DNA of 64,000 nucleotides, taken from contig CM052817.1 in NCBI GenBank assembly GCA_028534125.1, forward strand, positions 67,458,001 to 67,522,000. The letters are read 5' to 3'. Positions within the stretch are counted from its first letter, which is position 1. Every line of letters begins with the position of its first letter. Below, in pieces: positions 11,960 to 25,330 of the stretch. The position numbers were made by a program, and so were the translations under genes. The stretch comes from Lama glama (lineage: Eukaryota). Below the pieces are notes generated by a model. The model did no database searches and was not told the origin of the DNA. It saw only the letters and a program-made list of their open reading frames with translations.

Positions 11960-12420
11960 CTCTTGCTGAGTCCCCAGCCTGCACTCACAGTTGATTCCTC
12001 TGAAAGGGGTGAAACTTAATGGAGACAGCCTCGCAGAGGAGGAGAGACAGCTCCTGCCTGCTACCTGACGAGCTGAGTCACTTGTCTAAACCAATCCCAC
12101 AGTGACAAGTGCCCAGTGGACGGGGAAGACAGACGTACAGATGGCTGCCTGGCTGCATCACGGGACTGGATTGCCACCGCAGCCCATTGTTACATTTATT
12201 GCTGACAATGTAACGAATTGGCTGACTCCTTGTTTTTAAATTGGTCACCCTCAATGGACAGCGGCGCTGCGGGGTGTGCTAATTGTGCCTCGAATGCAGG
12301 GATGTTCCACGGTCCCAGCTCTGCAGTGGGGGCTGTGTGATGTTCTGTGTAGAAACCCACGCCTCACTCTCTGTCCCAGGGCCATGAATAGGTGTCCTCA
12401 CGCCCAGGAAACAGCATTAT
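11960..12420. promoter_or_regulatory. Candidate enhancer (CpG-retaining, AP-1/Maf/SOX motifs)
   Basis: Non-repeat, GC-richer block. GCTGAGTCAC at 12072-12081, TGCTGAC at 12200-12206, CATTGT and ACAATG at 12185 and 12205. Confidence 0.4.
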
Positions 12421-14334
12421 TTTTCTGAGTGATCCTCTTTCTGAAGTATGACACAATGGAAATGAAACAAAACACTTCTTAGCTTCCTTTGTCAGTGAGA
12501 ATTTCCTAAATATAGATTGAAATATCCCCTTTAATAATCACTGTAGAAAAAGACTACAATAACTCCATGAGATGTTACCCAAATTATCAAATTAAAAGAG
12601 AAGCTAGAGGTCATATGGGAACATCCAGAAGCTCTTTTAACTCATCTGAGTCCAGCGATCATGTATATATTTTTTATTTTTATAGCATGGAAAATGATCT
12701 TTCTTTTGTTTACAGTACGATGAGGATTAGCTAAATAATATTTGCAGAATATTCTCATCAAAGAATTATAAATGTATTTTACAGTATGAGGGCCTTTTCT
12801 ATCAAGCATAGGCCCAGCAGGGAGTAACACAAGACTGGGTTCATGGTACAGGCAACAGTCTTCCTCCTGGCCCCGTGCCCTTTTTCTTCGCCCGTATAAC
12901 ACATCATTGCATTCCACTGACTGTGCTTCCACCTTGCTGAGTAACTTCAGGAAAGTCACATGACAGCTCTGTGCCTGAGGATTTAATCTATAAAATGAGG
13001 ACCAAACTCAGTGAATCTCTAACATTTTGTGACTTTACCCACATATTGAGGCAAACAAAATTGTTAACATATTCCTCGAATTAGTAAAAGTATGTAAATA
13101 TACAATGTAAGGGCATGCATTAACTAAGAATGCAAGGAATCCTTGACTTTTTAGTATCAGTGTCCATGATTTGACAGCTTGCTTATGAAGAAGTCCCTTA
13201 TGTTTTCCTTTTCCTGGTTTGCTAATTTTCTATTCTGTATTCCAAGGCAGACCAATAGATTGCAATGAAATCAGGTTAAACATCGATCTTCCGCCCTGAC
13301 ATTGCATTAACTTTTCTAATAAACATCTTCCCTGTGTCAACCAGCACTGTGTTTACATCTTGAGCCCAGCAGCCAATTGTCTTGCTTCTTTCAGACGCTT
13401 TTGAATTCCAGAAGGAATCTTATCTACAAGACGAGAATCGTGCATCTGCCATGCCTTTCAATTTTGTATTTCAAATTAACTGCTCCTTTTCCTCCACATT
13501 CTTAAGGCCTTCTAAGAAATTTCCTTCCCAGTTCACTTGGTAAGTGCCTGCTCCGGCTGCTACTCTTTAATGAATTCATGTCTTTTCTCCTATGTTTCTC
13601 GGCCGCCCTTGTTATCTGGAGTCAGGATTCTGAGCTCTGACCTCCCTCCTTGTCCTGCTGCCTGAGTAGAATTAAAGGCAGACCCTCAGACCTCAAATCT
13701 TGTAGATTCTGAAGATCCAGCTTTGGCTAGGATGAGGCCAGGATCGGGGATGGAAAAAAGCACTGATTTTTTTTTCTTTTTACAGCCTTCTAAAATTTAA
13801 CTATTTCTGTTCAGATTCAGGGGCTGAGAAAAAGTATGAACCAGCAGATGTGCTTAAAGATCCCCAATCAAATATTCTATTTTTTTAATGTTCTGAAGAA
13901 TACATGCTTAGGGAATACTATTCACAGCAAATGGAGCCAGTGCTGCTTGCTTCACTAGAACCACAGGCAGAAGATGACTACCAGAGAGGCTGGGGAGAAG
14001 CTGCTCCATGAGGTGCAGCAAAGCCTTCGTTCCTGAATGATTTCCCGTCTCTGCATGCCGAAGAAATAGATGATAAAGTGTGGGGCTGGGTCTCTAAAGG
14101 ATATTTAATACCTCATTCCTGGAGATATGGTCTGAAATTTAAAGGCTGTAATCACTGGTCAGGTCAGAAAAGATGCTCAAAGATCCCCGCCCCCCCCCCC
14201 TTATTTTAGCAAGAGTATCTAAGGACATCTGCCAAAATCTTGGATCCCTGGGAAAACATCTTACCTAGACTCACTGAACCAGATAAACTAGCCACAAGTC
14301 AGAGTGGCTTAACTAAAGATTCATCAGACTAACA

Positions 14335-14560
14335 CTCACCACTTGCTAGAAGGGTATTTACACCAGGCACTGTACTGAGGACTCACATCTCACGTGTGAT
14401 CCTCATAGTAGTCCTATCGGGTTCATATTGTTATTCCTATTTTATGGACAGGAAAGAAGATGCCCCAATGGACTAATTAACTTCTCCAAAGTCACACATG
14501 TACCACATTTACCAGGGTTAAACCCAAATCAGCATAACTCCCAAAGCTCTTAGCCATTCT
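14335..14560 (-). mobile_element. MIR SINE
   Basis: 'ccaggcactgtactgag..tcctattttatggacaggaaa..aacttctccaaagtcacac..aacccaaatc..actccaaagc'. Confidence 0.75.
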
Positions 14561-14779
14561 GTGCTCCTGTGGAATAGCCACGCCAGTAGAGAGCAGCAGA
14601 GAAGAGGTATGCAGACACAGGGGAAGCCTCATCATAGCATCCCCTATCTGCAGAGGCTCCTCCTCCCCGGCGAGCTTTGCTCCTGCCCTCATAGCACCTT
14701 GTACAGACTTATGTTCATACTTGCAACTCATTGTATTGGGGTTTGTAGTTTGGGAGCTAGAGATAGAAAAAAATAAATA

Positions 14780-14980
14780 AAAGAACAGATTTCTAAATAT
14801 TGGCTCTCTCATTTTACTAGCTTGCCTTGAACAAGTTACTGAGTATCTCTCATCCTAATATTTTACTCACAAATGGGAATAAAACTACTCCTTAGTGTGT
14901 GAGCTTTTAAAAAGATAAGACAATCAAAGGAATTCAGAATAATCCTTTGTACATGCAGGCACTCAGAACATTTGGCTTCT
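14780..14980 (+). mobile_element. MIR SINE
   Basis: 'ttactagcttgccttgaacaagttact..aaatgggaataaaa..caggcactca'. Confidence 0.6.
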
Positions 14981-15404
14981 TTTATTGATTCCTTTCTTAC
15001 ATTTCAATCTTGCCCAATGTCCCATGACCTCTTCAGAGCAGGGACCATAGAGTATCTACCTTCATGTCTCCAGATAAAATGCTTAGCACATAGTTGGTGC
15101 TCAATGACTTGAAATGACTGGAATATACTGAGAATTATTTTGTTTGCAACCCTAAGAGCTGCTGTAAAACTTTAGGTTTTAGTGTATATATTTATTGATT
15201 TTTAAAAATATGCATTCTACCTTATATATTACAATCAGCCTTTTGGACTCTCTAAAAGGCAGCATTTTCCAGCTTCCTTTGAATCTCAAGTCAAGAGAAT
15301 TAGAACACCTCATAAAATAACAGCGGCATCTCTGACAAAGGGCTTCCTCCTGCCAGTAGGTTGATTTTGCATTTCACAACTAATTTCACATATCAGTTTA
15401 CACT

Positions 15405-15630
15405 AAATCATTCATTCATCCATTCATTCATTCATTTACTAAACAAACATCCATTAATGTCTATATTATCGTAGTGATAGCAATGTAAATAGGACAAATC
15501 TGTGCCCTGGAGATTTTTATAGGTTAGTGATATGAAACAGACATATGAACAAGTAAGTTAAAATTGAATGTGGTAACTTCTATAACATATATGAAAAAGG
15601 ATTATGAAAGCTAAGAGCACAGGATAACAC
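15405..15630 (-). mobile_element. L2 3' end
   Basis: (TTCA)n tail followed by 'aacaaacat..tgccctggag..tttatag'. Confidence 0.6.
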
Positions 15631-16127
15631 TTCCAAACTTTGTTTCACTTCTGTTACTGAAAGCTCCTTTTTCCTTCCTGAATTACATTTCTTTTCTCCC
15701 CCCACCTCCATATTTTTTTTTTTTTGGTAAACTTTTGACAATTTTCTTTCTTCTTTAAATAATTTATATTTAAGGGTTTTTTTTTGCCCTTCTTTTTGTT
15801 CCTTTTCTTTATAAATAACATAAAATTTTCAAGGAAACTTTGGTTTTTATCAAGTATCACTAAACTCTTCTATTTTTCTTTGCACATTAAGTATACAGCT
15901 GTACTATGAAGAGACGTTTTACAAAATTTTGACTACTTTACTTTCAAATGCCTAAAGTGAAAGCTATCTGTATTCTGTATAAGGATATTTTATTTAACTA
16001 GGTGAAATATATTAGCCAAGTATTCCTCTTAAATTCCCTTTAAGGCCCTCCTCAGCCTAATATGTTTACTTCTATACTGGACTTTGTTTACCAGTTTCAC
16101 ACACTGGTCAATTATTTCCATCACAGA

Positions 16128-16597
16128 TATCTTTTAATTATTTACTGCTGCATAGACACCTACCCTAAGATATAACAATAACATTCTCTGACCCTTCTTT
16201 GAGTTGATTGGACTCAAATGGATGGTTTAGCCACATGATGTCAGCCAGACTGTAGTCACGGGGGATTCGAGTGGGCTACAGTAGCCAAGGTTGCTCCTTC
16301 CTATGGCTGGCAGCTGTTGCCAGCTCCTGGCTGAGAACTGCTGGTAAGTTGGTCTCTTAAGTTTTCCTCCACATGAACTCTCAATGTGTCTGGTTTTTGA
16401 AAGGGAGTACTCTAAGAGTAAACATTCCAAGAATACAGAAGCAGAAGGTGATGGCCCCTTAATGCCTTCTTTTCTGCACTCTGTTGTTCAAAACCACCTC
16501 AGATTCAAAGGGGGAAGAAATAAATGCTCCTCCTGACATGATATGTGGTTCACAGAGAGGAGGAATTGGTGGATCCTCTTTCAAGATTGACTGTTAT
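16128..16597 (-). mobile_element. MLT1-type MaLR LTR
   Basis: 'atggctggcagctg..ggctgagaac', 'cagattcaaaggggaagaaataaatgctcc'. Confidence 0.65.
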
Positions 16598-18289
16598 ATC
16601 CAAATACTAGTTAACTTCTACTATTTTCTTCACAAATGGCTCCCTTCTCCATTTTACTTCTGTATATTTTCCTTCTATATGTGAGAATTTAAAATCACTG
16701 ATCTTTCTCTGTACTAACCTACAAGTTAGTGTGTACAAGTTAGCAGTATAAGTATGTACTAACATACAAGTTGATTGTGTTTGGTTTTTGTCTTTGATGT
16801 ATATATTATATGGTACTGAAGCCCTGATGTTATGTGAAAATATTTAAATGAATATTTTACATTTAGAGTCCTGAGCTCTAACTCCTTCTTTATCTTCTGC
16901 TTGCAATTAAAGAGAATCCTTCAGACCTGAAATACACCAAAGGCTGGAATAGGGCAGTATAGGAGGTGGATGGTGAGCTTTTCTTGTATTACTTTACTTT
17001 TCAGTTCATTCATTGTGAACTCTTAAAAATAGGTACAAAACACTTTATTACATTCTATTACAGTCTTAATTTTAAAAACAAATGTTCAATCTCTAACAAA
17101 TTTTGCTAAGTAAAATATTATGCAATGTTAATACACAGGAGGTGGGGAGAAGGAGTAAGTTCTGGACTTCCCTTCTTTTTTATTTTTTTGAAAGACAACA
17201 CTTATTAAAACTCAGGGTGACCCAAGCATGGACTTCATTGGAGTAAACCAGTAAGCAAGATGTAAAAAACATGCTATCATGATAATTAGATAAAATTACT
17301 AAAGAGGAAAGAAGATATTTTTGTATTTTACAAGAAGAAATAAATCATTTTCATAGAGAAACATCTTAAGCTTTCTGAAGCCTGAGAGGTGAGGGGTACA
17401 TGCATTACTCCAGATCAGAACTAAAGATTTCAGGAAGGAGGATGACCTCATATGGACTTCTTGGTCTAGAGATATGTAAAAACAAATGTTACAACTATGA
17501 ATTTGACATTAATCATGGGGAAATTTAACAAACAAAAATTACATATTACTAGTGGACCTCTTTGGAAAACTTGTTGGATTTCTATGCCATGTTTTCATTC
17601 ATACAGTAATCATCAGTAGGGATACTGGGTCATTAATTGCAGGCATATGTAGCAAGCAGTGTTAAGTTCTTTCATGCTTTCCTGTTTCATTGGGTAAATT
17701 ATACCTGGATATTCTTTAAATGGGAAATCTGTGTTAGTGTGTTGAAGCAATATTATGTCTGTTACCAGTATGGTAATTAGAATTAGAATTAGAATTTTGT
17801 TACAAGTGGACAAAAGGGAAAGGTATATTCTTTTTGTTTTTAGGCACACAACCTATACAGTGAGTAAGGTAGTACTGATGGTAACTACATCCTGCTCAGC
17901 ATTGATTTCTTCTTTGCTACAAGGAGGAAAATCCAATAGGAACTCAAAGATGAAACCCAGGAGATAAGTCGACACAGTGAAAGATGAGAGCTTGATTTGA
18001 GGGGTCTAGTTATTCAGCATTTGCTTTTATTAGACTATTTTAGTAAAAGTATGATGTTATTAGTGGGAACAAATATAGCATAATATTTTTGGGCACTGGT
18101 TCTGAAGACTACCAAATCACTTCCCAACTCTCAATGTCTCTTTGAATGTCTATATGGGAATAAAAATAGTGCTTCCCTCAAATTATTTATGATGTAAGTG
18201 TGTAAACAATAACTGCCAGGATGTTTGGTATTTTTAAATAAGAACTGTAGAAATATAAATGTTTCTGGGTAACATATCAATTTTAAAAA

Positions 18290-21260
18290 CAAAAAATTTT
18301 GAAAGAAGCCAGAGGAGGGGGAAAAAACCTTCCCTACGCAGTAACAAGAATAAGAATTGTAAGCAAATCTCTTCAGAAACTATGCAAGTGAGAAGAGAGT
18401 GGGGTGAAAATTTTTTAATTTAAAATTTTTAAGAAAAAATGTCAGTAACCTAAAATTCTATATTTAATAAGCTTATTTTCCAAAAGTGAAGGAAAAATAA
18501 CATCTTTCCCAGACTTACAAAAATTGAGGGAGTTCATCTCCAGCAAGAGAATAGTGCTTACCTCATACTGTATGGGAATTGAGGGAATTGACATGTACTG
18601 GAAGATGCATTAAAAGATATTCTTCAGAATAAAGTGATACAGGCAAGAATTTTAACTCTACATAAATAAAGGACAAATGTCAGAAGTAATAAATGAAAGT
18701 AAAATAATTTTTTTCTTAGTTGATCTATAAAAAACTTGGTCAAAGTAATAACAGTAATAATTTTGGGGGTACTTACAGCCTGTGAATAAGCAAAATGAAA
18801 GACAGCAATATCACAAGGAATAGGAGACAGCAATTGGGAATACTCTTTTGTAAGTTACTTGTACTATACTTGAAGCAGTACAGTGCTATTTGAAGGTGGA
18901 ATTAGGTTGGTTAACAACCAATTACAATTGATTGCAAATTCTCTGTCAATAAAACAAAAGCTACCAAAAGAAGTACAATAAATATGCTAATAGAGGAGAG
19001 AAAATGAAATCATACAAAATACTCAATAAAAACAAGAAAAGGCAGAAAAAGAGAGGAAAAGAAGAAAAAAGAATAAATGTGACAAATAGAAAATAATTAT
19101 AATCATGGCAAATACTTATTCAACTATATCAATATTATTTTAAATATGAATGGTCTAAGAGGACCAATTAAAAGACAGAGATTTTTAGAATATATAAAAA
19201 ATAACCAAGACCCATTTGTATTTCTTTACAAGAAACACATTTTAAATATAAGCATTCATATAAGTTAAAAGTAAAACAATGAAGAATGATATACCATCCT
19301 AACACTACTTAAGAGAAAGCTGGAGTATCTGTATTAATTTCAGAAAAAGCAAATCTCAGAATAGGAAAAGTTATCAAGGATAGAGAGGAGTACTACATAA
19401 TGACAAAAGGCTCAATCTCCAAGGAGATCTAATAATTTTTGCTGTGTATATGTACCTAACAACACAGCATCAAAATACATGAGGGAAAATTAATAGAACT
19501 GAAAGGAGAAATAAACAAATCCATTATGGAGACATCAACACTCCTCTTTCAATAACTGATAGATAGAACAGGCAGAAAAACCAGTAAGAAAACTGTTGCA
19601 CTATCAGTCAACTTGATCTAATTGACATTTACAGAAAATTCCATCCAACAAGAGCAGAATACACATTTTTGTCAAGTGCACATCCAACATCAGTAAGAGA
19701 CCATGAAATGTACCTTCATAAAGTTAAAAAAATTAAAATCATACAAAATATGTTCTCAGATGACAACAGAATTAAATTAGAAATAAATAACAAGAAAATC
19801 CTCAAATATTTGGAAATTAAATAAACATACTTCTAAATTACACATGGGTCAGAGAAAAAGTCTCCAAATGAATTAAAAAATATTTTGAACTAAATGAAAA
19901 TAAAAATACAACTTATCAAAATTTATGGGATGTAGTGAGAGCAAAGTTTAGATGGAAATTTATAGAATCAAATGAATATATCAGGAAAAAAGAATGATTC
20001 AAAATCAGTAATATAAGCTTCCACCTTAGAAAACTAGAGAGAGAAGAAAAATTTAGCCTAAGGCAAGCATAAGAAAAGAAACAATAAAAATAAAAGCAGA
20101 AACTATTGAAATATAAAAGGAAAACATTAGATAAAACCAATCAACCCCAAATCTGATAAGTTGAAAAGATTAATAAAATTAATAAAACACTAGCCAGGCT
20201 AACCAGGATAAAAAGAGAGAGGATGCATGTTATTAGAATTAGAAATAAAAGACAAATCATCATTAGTGATCTCATGGACAATAAAAGGATAACAAATGAA
20301 TATTACAAACAATTCTATGCCCTTAAATACAATAACTTAATCAAATGAACTAATTCCTTGAAAACACAGACTACAAAACCCACAGAAGAAAAAACAAATA
20401 AACTGAATAGTTAATAACCTTTCAAAAAAGATAACAGCAGTCCTAGATTGTTTCCCTGGTAAGTTCTAACAAACATTTAAGGAAGAAATGATTCCAATTC
20501 TCCATAATCTTTTCAAGAAAATAGAAAGAGAACAAACATTTCCTAAACCATTCTATGATGCCAACATTATCCTAATACTAAAGACATTACAAGATAGGAC
20601 AACTACAGAACAATATCTTTCATGAATATAGATGCAAAAATCCTCAATAAAATATTAGAAAATCAAATCTAACAATGTACAAAATAATTATATATAATGA
20701 CCAAATGGGACTTATTTTAGATATACAAGGGTGGTTCAACATTCAAAAACTCAGTACAATCCATTATATCAACAGGCTTAAGAAAAATCATATGATTATA
20801 TCAATTGTTGTAGAAAAGGCATTTGACAAGATCTAACACCCATTCATTTAAAAGAAAAAAAAAAAAAAACACCTTCAGCAAACTGGGGAGAGAGGGGAAC
20901 TTCCTCAATTTGATAAAGAACATTTACAGAAAAACTAGCATCATACTTAAAAAGTAAAAAACTAGGTGCCTCTCCCAGGAGATAGGTGTCCTTTCTCATC
21001 ACTCCTATTCAGCATCACAGTAGAAGTCCCAGCTAGTGCAATAAGATAAGAAAACGAAATTAAAATGTATACATTTAAAAGTAAGTAATGGTATTGTCTT
21101 TGTTCACAGATGGCATGATGGTCTATATGGAAAATCGCTAAGAATCAACAAAAAAAATCCCTCTAGTTAATGAGAATAGAAAGGTCACAGAATACAAAGT
21201 CAAGATACAAAAGTTAATTGCTTTTCTATATACCAAAATGAACATTTAAAATTGCATATA
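18290..21260 (+). mobile_element. Old L1 (ORF1 C-terminal half through ORF2 endonuclease and RT), decayed
   Basis: ORF1-like 'tcttcagaaactatgcaagtgagaagagagtgg'. Endonuclease start 'ttaaatatgaatggtcta..ccaattaaaagacagaga' at ~19140. RT motifs 'gaaaaggcatttgacaagat' at ~20813 and the FADD region 'ttcacagatggcatgatggtctat' at ~21103. Many stops and indels. Confidence 0.9.
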
Positions 21261-21589
21261 TATCAAAGAAAATACTAATTACTAGTATCAGGAACAAAAA
21301 GATAGATTTCTTTTGCAGAATTATTATAAAAGATAGAGGCATACTATAAACAACTTTGTGTAAATATGTTTTTTAAATTCAGAAAAAAAAATTTTTAAAC
21401 TATTTTCCAAAGCAGACAAGAATTAGAAAATCTGAATAGTTCTATATCTATTCAACAATTGAAACTGAAACTATAATCTTCCAATAATATTAAAGAACCA
21501 AAATAACTTTATAGTGATTTCTTTCAAACATTTTAAGAAATATAACATTTTAAGAAATATAACTATACAAACTAGTCAAGAGAAATAAT

Positions 21590-21668
21590 GAAAAAGAAAG
21601 AAAAGAAAAGAAGAAAGGAAGGAAGGAAGGAAGGAAGGAAGGAAGGAAGGAAGAAAGGAAGAAAGAAA

Positions 21669-21718
<50 letters not shown>

Positions 21719-21719
21719 G
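21590..21719. repeat. (GGAA)n/(GAAA)n compound microsatellite
   Basis: About 130 nt of purines only. Confidence 0.95.
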
Positions 21720-23460
21720 TGAGTTCCCAAATCACTTTTTAAGGCCAGCGAAATCTTGGCACCAAATGATTAGTTCATTATAAAAATGGAAATTCGCAAA
21801 CCAGTATCTCTTATAGACAATACAAAACCTGAAAAAAGATGAGCAAATCAAATTCAAATGTATATGAAAAGAATATTATATTACAACAAAGTTAGATTTT
21901 TTTCCAAAAAGGAAGGTTTTAATATTCTAAAATGAAAATAATTCACTACATTAGCAGAAAAAGAGGAAAATTCGTATGATGATCTCAACAGCAGCAAAAG
22001 AAGCATTTGAAATAATTAAGCACCATAATTAAAATATATTCGGAAACTATAATTAGAGGAAAACTGACTTCCGTGATACAAGGTATTTATAAAATAATGT
22101 CTACAGCAAACCTCATATTAATGCTGTGGTATTAAAAGCTTTCCCCTGAGACTAGGAATGAGATAACGTGTGTACCATCACCCCTTATATTCTCATCATA
22201 CTAAAGGTTCCTACTACTATAATAGAGGCAAAAACAAATCAAGAGGAAAAAGGAAGGAAGGAAGGAAAGGAAGAAGGAAGGAAAGAAAGGAAATGTTTAA
22301 GAATGGAAAAATGAAGAAATAAAACTCAGTCACAGTTTACGTGATAATACATTTTCAAAATCTAAAATTATATACAGCTAAATTATTAAAATCTCTAAGA
22401 GACTTTGGCAATGTCTTTGCACAGAACAAGATTTTAAAAATCGAAGGTATTTATATGTACTATCAATTAGAAAATAAAACTAAAAATTGACATTTACAAT
22501 AGCATTAAAAAATTAAAAAGCTAGGAACTTGATAAAAAACATAAAATTTCTCAACACAAAAATCAATAACATATTGTGAGAAGCATTACAACAACATAAA
22601 AAGCTGACAGGTTATGTCAAGTTTTTGGACAGGAAGACTTACTATTTATACATTTCAAGTTTCTGCAAATTGATTTACCTATTTAATGTAATTCCTGTAC
22701 AAATTCCAGCAGATACTTTGTTTTTAGAAAAATGGGCAATCAGGTTTTAATATTAATGAGAATGTAAAGAACCACAAATAACCAAAACAATTATGAAGAA
22801 CAAAGTTTGACGGCTCTCATCGCTACCTTAATTGAAGCAGTGTGGTACTGGCATTTAAATAGACAATTCAACCAGGGAGCAAAAAACCCAGAAACAGATT
22901 TTCACCTGTACCAACACTTGACTTAGGGCAAAGATGACACAGTGCTATGGGGAAAGGGTAGACTCCTCAATAAGTAATTCTGGGTTAACTGCATATTCAG
23001 AAAAAAAAAAAAGATTCTTGCACAATGCACACTACCCACAAAAATCACTCCTAGATGGATTGTAGATATAAATTTATACGAGAGAAAATATAGCTTCCGG
23101 AAGATAACATAAGAAAATAACTTTATAAGTCATTAGGAGCCAAAAATTTCTTTGACAGAATACAAGGTGCACTAACTGTTAGAAAATTACTGAAAAAATA
23201 TATCACATTAAAATTTTATGGATTACATAAAATTATTTTCAAAATTACATAAAAATTAAAAAGCTCAGTTCATCAAAGACACTATTCATTCAAAGGCAAG
23301 CAAATTATAGGGAGAAAATATTTGCAGTACACACAACTGATAAATGATTATGTTAAGAATATTTTTTAAAAACTCACAAATTAATACAAAGAAGATAATA
23401 CAATTAAAAATAGGCAAGACTTGAAGAGTCATCTCTTTAAATAAGATATTGAAATGGCTA

Positions 23461-23643
23461 AACAACAAAGTCCTACTGTATAGCACAGGGAACTATACTG
23501 AATACCTTGTAACAGCCTATAATGAAGAAGAATATGAAAAGGAATATACATATACGTGTATAACTGAATCACTATGCTTCACATAATAGCATTATTAGAA
23601 ATTAATACAACACTGTAAATTGACTATACTTCGATTAAAAAAA
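23461..23643 (+). mobile_element. Younger L1 3'-UTR terminal fragment with poly(A) and TSD, nested in old L1
   Basis: 'cctactgtatagcacagggaactat..ataactgaatcactatgc..tgactatacttc' followed by an A-run. TSD aagatattgaaatggcta (23443-23460) versus aaggcattgaaatggcta (23644-23661). Confidence 0.88.
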
Positions 23644-24409
23644 AAGGCATTGAAATGGCTATTAAACACATAAGAAGGTGTTCTACCTCATTAGTCTTCA
23701 GGAAAACACAATTTAAAGCCACAATGTATTGATGACGCTCAGTTTGTTGATGTGGGTGGTGATTACAAATGTGTGTTCATTTTGTGAAAATTCATCAAAC
23801 TGTACATTTATGATTTGTGCACTTTTGTCTGCATATCATATTTCAGTAGAAATGTTTATTTCTACAAGGGATAAGTGGGTGTGGTGACTGGGGGGGATTT
23901 GGCTGGTAGCAGGCGAAAGAGAAAAAGCTCATTGGTACTTGACCTCATACTTTCCACACTATTCCCTTTTCTCCTCCTTACCCTTTTTAATATACAATTG
24001 GAAGTGTTTCAGCAGAAGTATCAGCTATGGCAATTAGGATCAGGACTAAAGAAGCAGGATGGAGTTTACTTCCCCTCTCCACTCATTGCCTCCCATTTCA
24101 ATTCTATGCTCCCTTCTGCATAATTAATACTCCAGCAGAAGGAGCTGGAGGATTGCAAGTGGGAGCTTAAAGTGGAAAGACCAAACTTACTCTGTTCAAA
24201 CCTAATCAATCATTCTTGCTACTAGATGAACAGTGGGAAAGATAAGCAGGATTTTGGTTCAGGAAGTTACAATTCGTTACAGGATCCACTGCTGCGAAGG
24301 GAGGAAATCAGACAATCCCTGGTAGCGGCAGTGAGTAGGGAAACGAAACACCTGTAACCACTTCTGCGTTGTGCATGATGGACGCAGGACAGCCCGACAG
24401 GGAAGATCG

Positions 24410-24640
24410 TGGGCATTGGAGGCAGATAGACCAGCATGTAAATTCTGTCTCACACGGTTACTATGTGACTCCAAGCCAGTTACTTATTCTCCCTAAGCCT
24501 CAGTTTTCTCATCTGCAGTTTGGGTAAAAATACCAATTCTTATTTCATAAGATTGTTGTGATGGTTAAATAAAAACTATTCACAGAAAATGCTTAATGGT
24601 GTCTGATGCAGAACTGACACTCGGTGCATGTAAACTAAGG
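24410..24640 (+). mobile_element. MIR SINE
   Basis: 'ctatgtgact..agttacttattctccctaagcctcagttttctcatctg..gattgttgtgatggttaaat'. Confidence 0.8.
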
Positions 24641-24934
24641 TGATGATGATACTGGTGTTTCAGAAACCTGCATCGACAGCCTTCCACATTAAGACCTTTT
24701 AGGTTAACTTAGCTCTAAGGCCAGCGATGTCTTCTTGGTTGAAGGGAACCCTCAGTCTCATCTAATAGAGAGATCTTCCGAAGAACTGTGTATTGGGTTC
24801 ATAAATATGACAATTTCCCCCACTGATGGTAGCTAACATTTCACCATTTAACACATCAAAGCCTTTATTAAAAGCCTGCCTGTTCCTTGCATTTTGACAC
24901 CATTGCATATGCTATAGTATTTCTTCTGCTAACT

Positions 24935-25330
24935 TTAATTTTTTAGGCAACTAGTTGAGCACCTGTTGTCTACTAGGCACTATATAAAGCATTGATAATT
25001 CAGAGTTAAAAGATAGATATAGTGTTCTCTGGTAAGACATAAACACAGTGATGAATGCAATACTGGATGATAATGTCTTAAGACAGACAATAGCCTAGGA
25101 ATTTCTGGATGTACACAGGACGGATGTCCAAAATTGACTGGTTGAATTGGGCAGAAGAATATTAAGGAAGGATGCTTGGAAAATGTGATGGCCAAGCTGA
25201 GTTTTAACAGACGAGAAAAAATTAGCCAAATTCAAACAAGGGGAGAGATCACTCTTGGGAGCTTGTGTGGAGACAAAGTGGGATGAGAGAACATGTTGCA
25301 TTTGGGAAACGCAAGTGTTCCAACAAGGTC
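24935..25330 (-). mobile_element. L2 3' fragment
   Basis: 'ttgagcacctg..ctaggcact..ggaaggatgcttggaaaatgtgatggccaagctgagtttta'. Confidence 0.6.

Larger units (their letters stand above)
21300..23855 (+). mobile_element. Second, more diverged L1 (L1ME-like) ORF2 and 3' end
   Basis: Covers the RT region again ('aagcatttgaaataatt', 'aaagctttccccTgagactaggaatgaga'). Ends in 'gtgtgttcattttgtgaaaattcatcaaactgtacatttatgatttgtgcacttt'. Confidence 0.8.

Noticed and set aside
12243..12268. REST/NRSE site (GGACAGCG)
   Set aside because: Only the right half-site is present. The left half is a poor match to TCAGCACC.
24283..24330. In-frame 48-nt plus-strand exon (DPLLRREEIRQSLVAA)
   Set aside because: The acceptor lacks a pyrimidine tract, the peptide is unrecognised, and there are no partner exons.
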